From positions 219,666,001 to 219,730,000 of the forward strand of contig NC_067402.1 in assembly GCF_016432865.1 (NCBI RefSeq): a stretch of DNA of 64,000 nt. Reading direction: 5' to 3'. This document shows, piece by piece, positions 36,842 through 48,654 of this stretch (the first letter of the stretch is position 1; each line of letters opens with the position of its first letter). The stretch is from Antechinus flavipes (lineage: Eukaryota). A program made the translations under genes and the position numbers. The notes under the pieces were generated by a model. The model was not told the DNA's origin. It saw nothing but the letters and a program-made list of their open reading frames with translations, and did no database searches.

Positions 36842-39515
36842 AGTCCTTGCATGATCCAGATTTGCTTGGCTTCCTTTTTGGTGAGTTGAGAGTTGTTCCC
36901 TGATTTTTATTTTTTTCTTTTAATTTTATATTTTTAAACTATCAAACATTTGTTTTTCCACATACCCCCCCTCCCCGCCTTGCATTAAAGGAAAAAAGAA
37001 AAGCAAAATCCTTGCTATTATATAAGTTAAGAAATTCCTTTTTCAATTTTGCCCAGAAATGTCTCATGCTGCATATTTAGTGTTCTTCATCATCATGACC
37101 TGATCTTTGTAAAAGGAGGAAATCCCTAGACCTTTTGCTTGTAGGGGGATTCCTGGAGATTTTTAATTAAGATGCACTTGGTCTTTCAGAAAGACATCCT
37201 ATCTTTTCTGAAGGTTCCAGGAATTTAATATATTTTCATCTGAGATACTGACCTGGTATCTGTTTTCAGGTTTGTGCATTAAGTGGAGGCTGGGTGAGCA
37301 CATTTGGAGGGATGTTCAGGTATGGATTAGACGACATGGATTAGGAAGTTAGTGTTTGAAGGAAATAAATACTGGGAAATCTTCAAGTATAAAGTAGTTG
37401 GGGTGGAGGAGGCTGTGAGCTGGACCTCCTTAAGTTTACTTTTAACATTGAGATTTTATATTTTTGGGGGTTTATTATATATATTAATATAAGTATGTGC
37501 TGAGTCTAGTACTGCAGTTTGAGAGGGATTCACATGGATTAAGGGACATAGATGTGAATGATTTTGTGTGATTATGACACACCTCAGGATTTGGGACCCT
37601 TCCCCTTCCTCTGTAGTAAGTCATTCCATTGGTTATGTTCAGTACCAGTAACTACTTTAGTGGTAAGAACTATCAGAGAATAAGTCTATAAAAGTTTGGG
37701 CAGGGAATATTCAGATCATTTTAACGAATATTAAGTGCTTACTATATGCAAGGTTACTTTTACAAGACACAAATGTAACAGGTCCTCCTTTAAGGAACTT
37801 AGATTCTACTGGAGGAATGATCTAAATTAGATGTCTAGTTTAGATCACCCTTGCTTATAGCTGCTTTTGTCTCCAGTATCTGTTCACCACTTATCCTCAT
37901 CTTAGGCTAAGCTCTTCCCAAGATCCTTTTGGAATCATTAACTCCACCAGGTTCTGAGTCCTACTTTAATCTTAGATGGATGTACAGCATATTTTAAAAT
38001 CTCTTGTTTCTGGAATCAGCAGATCTGACCTAGCCTCTATATCTAACTTACTTTGCCGTATCTAAATATGCCATTCTATAGAGATCCTGGTGGTGATTTA
38101 CTGACCCTTCAGATCATTTGTGAGGCTCACAGACATCTTTTCTTTTTGGAGAAATTGGGGTTAAGTGACTTATCATACAGCTAGTAATTGTTTGAATCCA
38201 CAATTTGAAATCAAGTCCTCTAGACTGCTAGACTATTGTGCCACCCAGTGGACCCTTTAGGGGGATTTCAATATACATGTTTATATCCCTTAAACACAAC
38301 TGGCTTCCCATTTCACTGTTTCCTCTATGACCCTGATCTTTACCTTTTCTCCATCTCTTTTTCTCTTACACACATAGAGGGTAGTTACTTGTCCTTTGAT
38401 ATCTTTAATCTCATCATCACTAACATGTATTCTACCTGTACAATCCAGAAATTGTTACATGCCATTAACCTTTTCCGTTTGTATCTCTTATTGTCTCACA
38501 CCCCTTCTGAAGCTATTCTTTGTTTTCAGGGCAGTTCTCAAGTCATTTCAATCTTCATTGCTCTTTTAGTATATCACTGTTGTCCTGGCTTTGGGATATC
38601 ACTTCACAGACTTGAAGATTATTTAATTTTATGTTGTCTACCCTTAACTCTCTTGCATCCTTATCTTATCAACACTTATGCCCTTTTAAGTATCAGGTTT
38701 GGATTTTCCCCACCACCTACCTCCACTCCATCTCACTTATGGGTGAAGTCACAGAACCCTGCTACAAATTTGGCAGCTAAATGTAGTGGATAGAACTCTG
38801 GGCCAGGAATCAGCAAGATCTGAATTCAGATGTGACCTCAGATATTTATTAGCTGAATGACTCAGATCAAATCACTTTACCTCTGTTTCAGGCTCCTTAT
38901 GTGTAAGGTTTATATTAGCACCTACCTCAATGTTATTATGAGATAATAGTTATAAAGTGAATAGCATAGTTCCTAGCACATAATAAGCACTATGTAAATG
39001 TTTATTATTATTATTATGTCTTAGCTGGATCCTATGGCTGCCTAGTAATCTTTACTCTTCCCTGATTGACTGGTGCACTTTTTATTTGGAACCTTTTATT
39101 TCTTCAAGTCATTGATATCACCCTGCCCTCTCCTTCTAAGCAGATTTTGTTTCATATTCTACCAATAAAAGACTATTTTTGCGATCTCCCTTTCATTTCC
39201 AATCCTACATCTCAAGTACCCTTAACAACATTTCATTCTTTCTTGCAATCTCAGGGACAAAGCTAACTACTGATCACATCCCCTGCAAACTCACATGGGA
39301 GCTTGTACTTTTTAATTATACTATCTTTCTAATCTCCAATTTCTTTTTATCCAGTTTACTTCCTTGATGCATGCAAAGATGCTTAGATCTCCCTTAAAAA
39401 ACAAAACAAAACAACTTACTGTGGTATTAAAAAAAACAAACTATCACACTACGCGTCTTCTGCCTTTGATGAATTCCTTAGGGGGGAAAAAACCCTGTAT
39501 TTTCGCACAGCTTCA

Positions 39516-39549
39516 TTTTTTTTTTTTTTTAAAGAAACAAACTTTTATT
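39516..39549 (-). other. Poly(A) signal and genomically encoded poly(A) tail of the retrocopy
   Basis: tttatt at 39544-39549 (+), T15 at 39516-39530, 13 nt apart. Confidence 0.85.
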
Positions 39550-39668
39550 TCTGTGATTTTTACATTGCAATTTGTGTTTGACAAAAAAATAAAATCTCTG
39601 CAAAAAAAAAAAAGAAACCCCAAACCCCAAAACAAAACCCTCTCCACTTTCCAGCTACTGAGCTGATA

Positions 39669-40535
39669 TCAATAGCGTCTGTTCATTTTCTTAAACTTCT
39701 CATAGTGATAATCATCAGTTGCTTTTTCGTTGGGGGGGCGCTTGCGATTCGGGGGTGACCTCTCGGCTTCCGGCTTCTCAGTATCTCCCACCCTGAGGGG
39801 TCGGGTTTTTGGCTCTTCCTTGTGCCTGCGAACTGGGGCATGGAGCTCTTCATGATAAAATCGGTTGTGCTGCACGTAGTTCACAGCCATGTTCGTGGGA
39901 ACAAAAGAGGTTTCGCTGTCTTTCTTTTTGTTCCGTTGCTCAGCCAGCAGACGGGCTTTGGCATCCTCGGTCGAAATGATATTTTTTATTTTTGCCTCAA
40001 TGCCTAAATCCACTTCGGGGATGCCGCTCAGCATTTGGTTGGACAGCATCTCCTCCGTTTTTTTGGCGGACGAGACTCGGATGCTCTCGGGGAGCTCGTA
40101 GAGACAGTCTTCCGCATTCTTCAGCTTTACTTTCTGCTCCTCGTTTTCCACAATTCCTTTCCTCTTCTTTAGTTCTGTCTCAATGTACTTCATCATGTCG
40201 GCGTCTTCATCCCTTCGGTTGGTTTCGGCCGAAAATGATGTTCCTAAATTGAGATCCTCCTCTTCGCTAATTCTGTCCTTGTTTCTTTCCTTAAGTTTCT
40301 TCATGTCCACCATTCCACCGGTTTTGACCTGAAAGGGATCGTCTACCAGGGCTGTCTCTTCCTGTACTTTCTCCCCAACCAGGAGGGCTACTGCACTCAC
40401 CCCATTGGGTCGTCTCCTCAAGCTCTGAACTTCTTTGGTTTCCTCCAGTTTCAACCGGACCTCCTCACTGTCCTGGTCGTCCGACTCCGACTCCGAGTCG
40501 GCACGGCGCCTGCGGAAGGTCTTGCCCGCCCGCAT
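39669..40535 (-). CDS. C9orf78: Intronless retrogene of C9orf78 / TLS1 homolog (spliceosome-associated protein), 288 aa, intact
   Basis: FRRRR..DSEEVRLKLEET..NGVSAVALLVGEKVQEE..SAETNRRDEDADMMKYIETELKKRKG..SETSFVPTNMAVNYVQHNRF..KATDDYHYEKFKKMNRRY, about 90% like human C9orf78 from memory; no introns; AATAAA at 39549-39544 and A15 at 39530-39516 on minus strand. Confidence 0.93.
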   Translation of the reverse strand: MRAGKTFRRRRADSESESDDQDSEEVRLKLEETKEVQSLRRRPNGVSAVALLVGEKVQEETALVDDPFQVKTGGMVDMKKLKERNKDRISEEEDLNLGTSFSAETNRRDEDADMMKYIETELKKRKGIVENEEQKVKLKNAEDCLYELPESIRVSSAKKTEEMLSNQMLSGIPEVDLGIEAKIKNIISTEDAKARLLAEQRNKKKDSETSFVPTNMAVNYVQHNRFYHEELHAPVRRHKEEPKTRPLRVGDTEKPEAERSPPNRKRPPNEKATDDYHYEKFKKMNRRY

Positions 40536-41460
40536 GATTCCCCGCGCTCGGGATTCCCTCAGGGACCGCAGCAGGGAACCCTCCCGCGGCTCTCCGACCA
40601 GGGCCCCGGTCCTAGGTCCGAACAGGGGCTGGGAACTAGTTCCGGCGCAGGCAAGTGAGGTCAGAAGGGCGCGCAGCGGCCCGTCCTGGGGGTGTGCTCT
40701 CGTGGGGTAGTGCGCTCCCGCCTGCCCGTCCCAGACTGGGAAAGGCGGCGAGAGGGTAAGGGGGCGGGAGGAGTCCTGTAGCTCGGCCTCGCGGAAGCTC
40801 CGCCCATAGCCCATCTAGGCGAACGTGGCCGGGCCGCTTCAGCTCTGGGACCGAATAGGGAGGCGCCCGTCCGTGTACTTCGCAAACTTTCAATCTGTCG
40901 TTTGTCCGTTCTGGAAGAGGACCGTGACGTCGGGGAGCGATGCCATGACATGCGAGCGAATTGGATTTAAGAGAGGGAGGGCTGTGCAAAGTCATCTGCT
41001 TCACTTTCTCCTCCAGAGCCATCTGGGTCCAGCGGCCCCATATAGATCAAGACGACTGGAGATGGCCCTCAATGAAATGGGAGAACTTTGTCTTTTTAAG
41101 TTAAGGTCTTCAACAGGTCTCCCTTTGGCTGAGGCGGCCCCATTCAGTGATTAAAGCTGGTAGCAATCTGGGCAAAGAAGCTCCTCTTCCGTCTAGTCTC
41201 CTCGCCTCCCACAATCTAAAAAAATAAATGAATGAATGAATGAATTAACAAACAAACAAATAAATAAATCTCGGAAGGAAAGACCCTCAGGGTTTCTGGC
41301 CAAAGCCGAAATAACTGCTATTTACATTCAAACTGAAACTGCTTTCTCCAAGGTACCGAGTGTGGATCGCTGAGTCCAAATCTTAGTCTTCATCTTTCTT
41401 GCTCTCTCTGCAGCTCTGGATACAGCGGACTACGACCTCCTGCACATTCTCCTCGAGAAT
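40480..41460. promoter_or_regulatory. CpG island / probable promoter of the retrogene
   Basis: Only long GC- and CpG-rich stretch in an AT-rich window; GC box GGGCGG 40762-40767, ETS cores TTCCGG 40640-40645 and CGGAAG 40792-40797, CRE-like TGACGTCG 40925-40932. Confidence 0.75.
40893..41270 (+). mobile_element. RTE-associated marsupial SINE with A-rich tail, CpG-rich copy
   Basis: Same element as 9905-10052 (-) and 57965-58330 (+); A-rich (AATG/AAAC/AAAT)n tail at ~41217-41270. Confidence 0.65.
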
Positions 41461-42461
41461 AGACAACTTCTGGATATTTCTTCTACCTAGAAAGCTGGTC
41501 CTCTTCCCGAATGAAGGACAACCAACTTAGAAATTTGCTGCTTCTTAGTCTCTTTGTTGTATCATCATTCATCTCTCTCTCCTATGAATGGATATACCTC
41601 CAGCATCTGACCCAGGTCTTTTCTCTTTTTTTCCCCTTAAGGCAATTGCGATTAAATGATTTGCCCAGGATCATATTGTCCCAGGTCTTCTTTCCCTTTT
41701 CTAAACTCTTTTTTTGGGGTGATCTCATAACTCCTGAAAGATTAAGGATCATCTCTAGTTAGACGATTCTTCCTCCTGCTATGTGAGACTTGCATTTGAA
41801 TGCCTCAGAGGCATCCCATAGTCAACAATTCCAAAACAATTCATTTTTCTATTTCTTCTAAGCCAAATTTTCTTCTATTTTTGTTGAGAATACCTTCATC
41901 TTTCTAGGTTTAAAGCCTTTTACTCCTTGTGACATATCAATCAATCACCTAGGTTTGGTGATTCTGTCTCCAAGATAGTATCCATGACTATCTTTTCACT
42001 TCCTTGATCATTACTCTAATTGAGGCTTTCTTCACCTTTTTTGGTGGGCTATTGCATTGCTTATCTAATTAGTAACAATAATAATATTAACAAATAATAA
42101 TTATTTAACTTGCTTCCTTGTTTTCAGCCTCTTTCCTCATGAATCTATTTCTGAGGTACAGGTGTTTTTTTATTCTTTTTTGGTGGGCAATCAGAGTTAA
42201 GGGCAGGATCACACAACTATTAAGTGTCTGAGACATTATTTGAACTCAGATCCTTTTGACTCCAGGCTCAGTGTTCTAGCCATTGCACCATCTAGCTGTC
42301 CTGAGATACAGCTTTGAGCATGTTACTCCTCTGTTTAAAAACTTTTAGTGACGCCCTGTTATTTCTAAGATAAAAAACAAACTCATGTGTTTGGTATTTA
42401 AAGCCCTCGACAATATGGCTCCAGCCAGTTTTTCTAGACATTGCTCCCTATCATGAACTCT

Positions 42462-42618
42462 TTTTTTTTTTTTTTTTTAATTTTTGGTGAGGTAATTGGG
42501 GTCAAGTGACTTGCCCAGGTCACACAGCTAGGAAATGTTAGGTGTCTGAGACCAGATTTGAACTCAGGTCCTCCTGACTTCAGGGCTGGTGCTCTATCCA
42601 TTGTATCATTTAGCTGCT
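42462..42618 (-). mobile_element. WSINE1-type SINE with 15-bp TSD
   Basis: T-tail; ggggtcaagtgacttgcccagg..gtgtctgagaccagatttgaactcaggtcctcctgacttcagggctggtgctctatcca; TSD cctatcatgaactct at 42447-42461 and 42619-42633. Confidence 0.85.
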
Positions 42619-44869
42619 CCTATCATGAACTCTTATGTTCTAGTCAAATTGGAGTTATGACTATCTAGCCAAATATGAGAGTAAAGTCTTTACTTGCTAC
42701 TTCTTTAGAGGCTGTTTTCTTCATCTGGAGTATATTCTTTCTTCAATTCTGTCTCATACAATCCTTAGCTCTCTATGAAGATTAACTTGACTGTAATGAT
42801 ATCCTAAGTGAAACCTTTCCCAGATTCTGCCACCTCAATCCTCCCCATCAGACATTAACATTGTCCCCTTGAAATTACTTTCTATATCTGTTGTATTTAC
42901 TTAACTGTGCACATACTATTTTACCCGGGAAAAATGTAAGATCCTTAAGTTAGAGACTGTTTCAGTTTTGTTTTTATATCTATAATTCTTAACACAGTTG
43001 TTGCTACAGAGCAGCACTAAATAAACCTATTTTGATGCTTGACTTGGGATGACTTTGATTTTCTATCTAGAGGGTACCAAACACAACTCTGTCTCTTCTA
43101 GAATGGTCAGGTCTTCTTGATGGTGACTTGGAACATGTAGTTTCAGTTGTCAGCATATGTGTACAGTCATTAATCCTAGAGCTAGAAAAGGTAACCAGAT
43201 GACCAGAGTAATATTGCCCACATATGCAGGCACTTTTGTCATTTTGTTCAGGTCAAGGAGATATGTTGTGTGATGATGACAATTATTTGATTAGAGAAAG
43301 GTCATGGGCATCTACAATTTGCTAGGCACATGCTTACAGATATTGTCTGGAGGAATACTGAACTGTGAATAGCTCTTAAGGCTCAGAAAGGAGGTCATGT
43401 GGAAGACAAGACTTCTTTGTCATTTCCTTCTGCTTTGGATTGAATACTATGGATGTAGCAGGAAGAATGATAACTAAAAGCAGTGAAGAACTTTATGATA
43501 AAAAAATTAATCCCCTTCACAAGCAAAATGCATTTCAACTTTCCAGACATTACTTATTTCACTTTTTATTTCTACTATATTCTATTAAAATTGATTGTTC
43601 CCCACAAATGTCATTCCATTTCCCAGCTCTGATTTTGCTCAAAGTATATTCTATACTGGAATGCACTTTGTCCTCATATCCATCTCTTAGAATTCTTAGC
43701 TTCCTTCAAAACTCAGTTTAATCTCCTACAGCATCCCTTTCCTGATCTTCCCAATTGCTAGTGCATTTTCCCTGACCTACCAAGTTATTTTTGTGCAGGT
43801 TGATTGGTTGCTGTCTTTTGTTCTTGAAGAGGATAGAAATGCCATTTCTATTTTGGAGTCAAGGTACTGTTTCCAACTGTGACTGATTAGATTAATATGA
43901 GTGTGAAAGTTACCCAGGATGGGCACAAATTGTACATAAGAATATTGAAAGTAGAGCTTCTGCCACATTTTCTGACATGTAGTAAGTACTTAATAATTGC
44001 TTGTTGTTCCAGGTGAGATGGCCATGTAAACAGTGCAGAGGACCTAACTCTTCTACCTTTATTTCAGCAATGATTTATTTAACAAGAGCACCAGATCAAG
44101 CAACACCTCTCAAATCCAAAGTGATCCTTCAGGAAGCTAATTCATCCCATTCAGGCTGAAAAAAAAGATGGCCAGAAGCTAAGAGCCCTGGAAGAGGAAA
44201 CAGTCCAAAAGTTCTCATCTCAGAGAAGTCCCAAAAGCTTCCTGACTGGAAAAACTCCAGCAATAGTGAAGCAGTAGTATGAACAGAATTATTCCCAGAG
44301 GGTACAGAAGAGGCAGGATCCTGATCTTAGAAGCCTCAGAGGGGAGAGAAGACTATCTATTGTCTTGATTAGGGACCATCACGCACAGAGCTCTGACCTC
44401 ATGGTAAAAAAAAAAAATTAATGGTCTTAAGAAAAAAGGAAGAAAAGGGGAAATGTATTAAGGAAAAAATGACAAAGGGGATGAACTATCTTGCATAGTC
44501 AGTGAATGTGTGATAAAGGGTGTATAAATATAAGGGAAGGGATGATTCAGTATGATATAAATCTCACTTTCATCTGAACTGAACAAAAAGGTTTAACACA
44601 ATTTCACACACATAGTCACACAGATTTTTGGTACACAAATATATTAACCCTCAAAAGGGAAATAGGGATAACAGGGAAGGAGGATAGTTTAGAAGGAGGA
44701 TAGGGATGGTATAAAGAAAACAAATTTTAGGGTGGCTATGATAGATCATGAATGGGAGATTAAGAGGAAAGAAAGAATAAGAACTTGAGACCGAGACTAG
44801 ATAAGGAGAAGAGAAGAGGAACAGTGGGGCAAAGAAATCACTTTTGGTATAGATCACTAAATGTTAAAC

Positions 44870-45319
44870 TTTTTTTTTTTTTTTACCATCACCTTTGTTT
44901 TTTTTTTTTTTAAGTTTATTTTTTTATTATAGCTTTTTATTTACAAGATATAAGCATAGGTAATTTTTCAGCATTGACAGTTGCAAATCCTTTTGTTCCA
45001 ACTTTTTCCCTCCTTCCCCCCATCCCCTCCCCCAGAGGGCAGGTTGACCAATACAAGTTAAATATGTTAAAGTATAAATTAAATACGATATATGTATACA
45101 TGTCCAAACAGTTATTTTGCTGTATAAAAAGAGTTGGACTTTGAAATAGTGTACAATTAGCCTGTGAAAGAAATAAAAAATGCAGGTGGACAAAATAGAG
45201 GGATTGGGAATTCTATGTAGTGATTCATAGTCATCTCCCAGAGTTCTTTTCCTGGGGGTAGCTGGTTCAGTTCATTACTGCTCTATTGGAACTGATTTGG
45301 TTCATCTTCATTGTTGAAG
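44870..45319 (-). mobile_element. L1 3' end truncating the 5' LTR of the adjacent ERV
   Basis: T-tails 44870-44925; marsupial L1 3'UTR. Confidence 0.8.
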
Positions 45320-48300
45320 CATTGATTTGTGATCATAAGCTGAGAGTCACAGCCAGTGGTTGTGTGAACTGGGATGCCTGAACAGGACTTCTTGCTTGTG
45401 AGCGAGCTGCTGAATTGCTGGATTGTCGCTCCTCCCATTAGTGATACCATGCATACACAATGCCTATGAGTTACTTCTCTGAATGGTGATTGGGCTGATC
45501 AGGCTTGCAAAAATGTATATCAACAAGGCTGTACAGCATAATAAACTGGAACTCTGTTCATCTGTCTGCCAGATCTCTTTGGAGATTGTATGGGGTGTCC
45601 TGGCAAGAAGCTGCAAGCATAGTAAAAAGGTGTAGCTTGTATACCATATTCTCAAAAACCTGTAGGGTTGGGGACTAACTCCAGAGGTGATAGGCCAAAT
45701 GATATATGGCAAATGAATATTACACATATAGGAAAAACATGCATTCATGCTACAGTTGACACTTATTCAGGCTTTGTATCTCATCCTCTCAATGAAGGGA
45801 AGCCGTTTCACATGTAATAAATCACCATTTCACTGTTTTGCCTCTATGGGTATCCCACACATCATTAAGATTGATAATGGACCCTCATGTACCTTAAAAA
45901 TATTAAAATAGTTCTTACAGGAATTCTCCATACATCATATTTTTGGGATTCCTTACAACCCTACAGGACAGGCCATTGTAGAAAGAACTAATCAGACCCT
46001 CAAGAGATAGGATTACTAAGAAAAAATATAGATAATAAGTATATAATATATAAATGATATGATATGATATAAATATAGACACAATAAATTACTTAAACAT
46101 TTGATTCAAATGATTTAAGTCCAGCTATGAAATACTCTCTGGTGAAAATAGACAGAGAATCACTCAAAGATTACACCCATCGTCATTAAGAAGGCCCCCT
46201 AAGAACGAGACTATGGTAATGAAAAAGGTTTTTGAAGGATGGGAGGGACTTTATAGGGTTCTAATGTGGTGGCCAGGATATACTTGTATCTCCACAGGAG
46301 AAAACCTTCAGCAGACACCTCAAAGTTGTCCATAGAACTGAAGAAAAAAAAAGGAAGAAGAGGCAACTGTCCAAAAGGAGGAGATGTGCCCCCAATTCCA
46401 CTAGCAAGATGCTTTCTATATATATGGGTTTATGTTACATACAATCAGCATTGGCAACAGAGACCAAAAGGTCATGATGGACCCACCATGGCCTAGGATT
46501 GTATCATGGGGGGAATGCATACCGATGCACTGCTAACAGGAAATGCATCCCAAATAATCAGGGATGAATTTCACTTTGAGAAATATAATGGAACTATGGT
46601 AAAAGGGAAGTACAACTTTGCTGAACTTGCTAATAGGCTTCCTTTGTGCTGGTCAGGAAGGAATAGTACCTACTGTGCACAAGTGAAAAACACGACTTTA
46701 CAAATGCCAGCTTCAGGTATGGGGTATCACGTGGCACACACTCTGGGCCATGTCAGAGCGACCCCTTCATCCCCGTGGGAGGGCTGCTGAGGTGTGTCTA
46801 CATATAGCGGTCATCAGGCTGGCCCCTCATATCTGCAGGCCGTGCCCATACTTGTACTTGTTATACGATTGCAAACTGGACATTACAAGCGTGGCATGAG
46901 GCCAAAAAGATGACTATGACGGTCTCCCAGGACCTGTTTGGGAACCTTACAAAAGCAATGCCTGGAAAGGTTTATGGAAAACACAAGCCTCCATGGGACA
47001 CATTCTTGCCCCTCAACAAATGGGCCTGCAGTTGGCACATGGAAAAACACCTCGGGCCCTGGTTCTTGGACAAATGGCCCCAGAATTGGATACCAGTTCT
47101 ATACTCAAGCCTGTCTGGGAGGGAAATACGCATTTTTGTGGGGAGACTCTGTAATGTTACCAAAGAAACTTTACAATGTTACTTGTTGGAATTGGACATT
47201 TAGTGATTGCTTGGATACTGAAATTGAAAATCAGATGGTATTTGTGATCACTAGAGCTTATGTATCAATGCTTCCTGTCAAAAGTGAGAAAGAGTATCGT
47301 GCTAGGACTGATCATATGTTCAATAGCATAATAGAAAAGAAGGAAACAGACCTTAGTCCCTCTAGAAAAAAGAGATGTATCAGCTGTGTCATATTAGATA
47401 TTTCTATGTAGGTTTCACTTACAGTTTCATCGGTCTCTCTTGCAATGTCCATATCTAATGTACAAAACAGCCTAGTACAAGCTAGATACATAGAGGAACT
47501 AGCCAGGAATGTCTCAGTGGGTTTTGCTCAACAAGCTGAGAGTGATGAACAATTGTATCAGATGACAAAAGGTTTAAGAGAAGTATCATTGGAAATAGGA
47601 GCAGAAGTGGAGTTATTGAGACTCCAGGCTCCATTACAATGTGATTACAGATATACAAAGGTTGTGTAACCCCTTTGCTGTATAATCATATAGGTCAAGA
47701 TTATGATTGGGAGGCATTTGAAAGGTTTATTTCTCAATAACACAATTGAAGGTGAAATAGAAAGTTTATATAAATTAGCATCTGATATAGAGAAAGCTTC
47801 TCATGAAGATTTGAATCCAGATAAAACTGCTGAAAAAATCATACATTGGTTTGATAATACCTCTTCATGGTGGTTAAAATTAGACTCATCGATTGCCCTG
47901 TGTGTTGTTATGTTGTTCCTACTTTGTTGATACCCTGTAATATTAGGATGTTTTTATAGAGCTTTCTCCACCATCCTTTCAGAGGTTGCAGCTCAAGAAA
48001 GGGCTTTTTAATCTAAAAGATAAAAAGGGGGAATTACTGAATTATGGAATCCTGCAGAAAGGGAGTACTGAAGTCACCTTTGATGCACAGTAAGTTTTCT
48101 GCCATGTTGCAGAAACCACGGTGCAGAAATGCCCTTGTTAAGCAAGAAACATTGATTTGTGATTGTGGGAATGAATATAAGCTGAGGGTCACAGCCAGTA
48201 GCTACCTGAACAGGAATGCCTAAACAGGGCATCTGGCCTGTGAGCAAGCTGCTGAATTGCTGGATTGGCTCTTCTCCCATTGGTAGATGCCTTGCATACA

Positions 48301-48512
48301 CAATGCTCACGAGCTTCTCTGAATGGTGATTGGGGATTGCCTACTGTTCATGCACTCATCATGCTTACAAAAATGTATATCAACATGGCTGTATGGCATA
48401 ATAAACTGGAACTCTTTTCTCACCCTATGAGTCTCCCACTTCATTCATCTCACCTCTGAGATCAAAGGGCTCATATGCCATGAGATAAGAGCCGCTAAAG
48501 AAGGCTGCAACA
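45320..48512 (+). mobile_element. Old, internally deleted beta-like ERV: partial 5' LTR, integrase remnant, degraded env, PPT, 3' LTR
   Basis: LTR copies 45320-45560 and 48035-48512 (~80% alike); RPNDIWQMNITH..HATVDTYSG, IKIDNGP; furin RKKR at 47364-47375; TM IEELARNVS...QCDYRYTKV(C) CX7C, no ISD; PPT aaaagataaaaagggggaat ~48015-48034. Confidence 0.85.
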
Positions 48513-48654
48513 AACCACAAATATGAATGGGGTGAAATCACCCATCAAATGAAAGAAAGTAATAGTATAATTTAGGAAGCAGAGCCCAATAAATTATTTA
48601 CAAGAAACATAGCCTCACACAGAATTGTACCAAGGGGACTGGGTTAAAATTTAA

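Larger units (their letters stand above)
29816..39503 (+). repeat. Segmental duplication block B (paralog of 18049-25794)
   Basis: See block A; carries extra ERV pol insert and expanded (AT)n at 31813-31876. Confidence 0.95.
38230..43990 (+). mobile_element. Fragmented ancient L2 spanning the retrogene insertion (pieces 38230-39500, 41290-42440, 42630-43030, 43530-43990)
   Basis: ggggatttcaatatacat (GDFNIH endonuclease motif), aactgaaactgctttctccaagg, ctctctctgcagc, ttggtatttaaagccct, L2 3' end near 43980; MIR/SINE insertions in between. Confidence 0.65.

Noticed and set aside
40636-41154. Several ORFs in the CpG island on both strands
   Set aside because: Expected from stop-poor GC-rich DNA; part is SINE-derived; no recognisable protein motif
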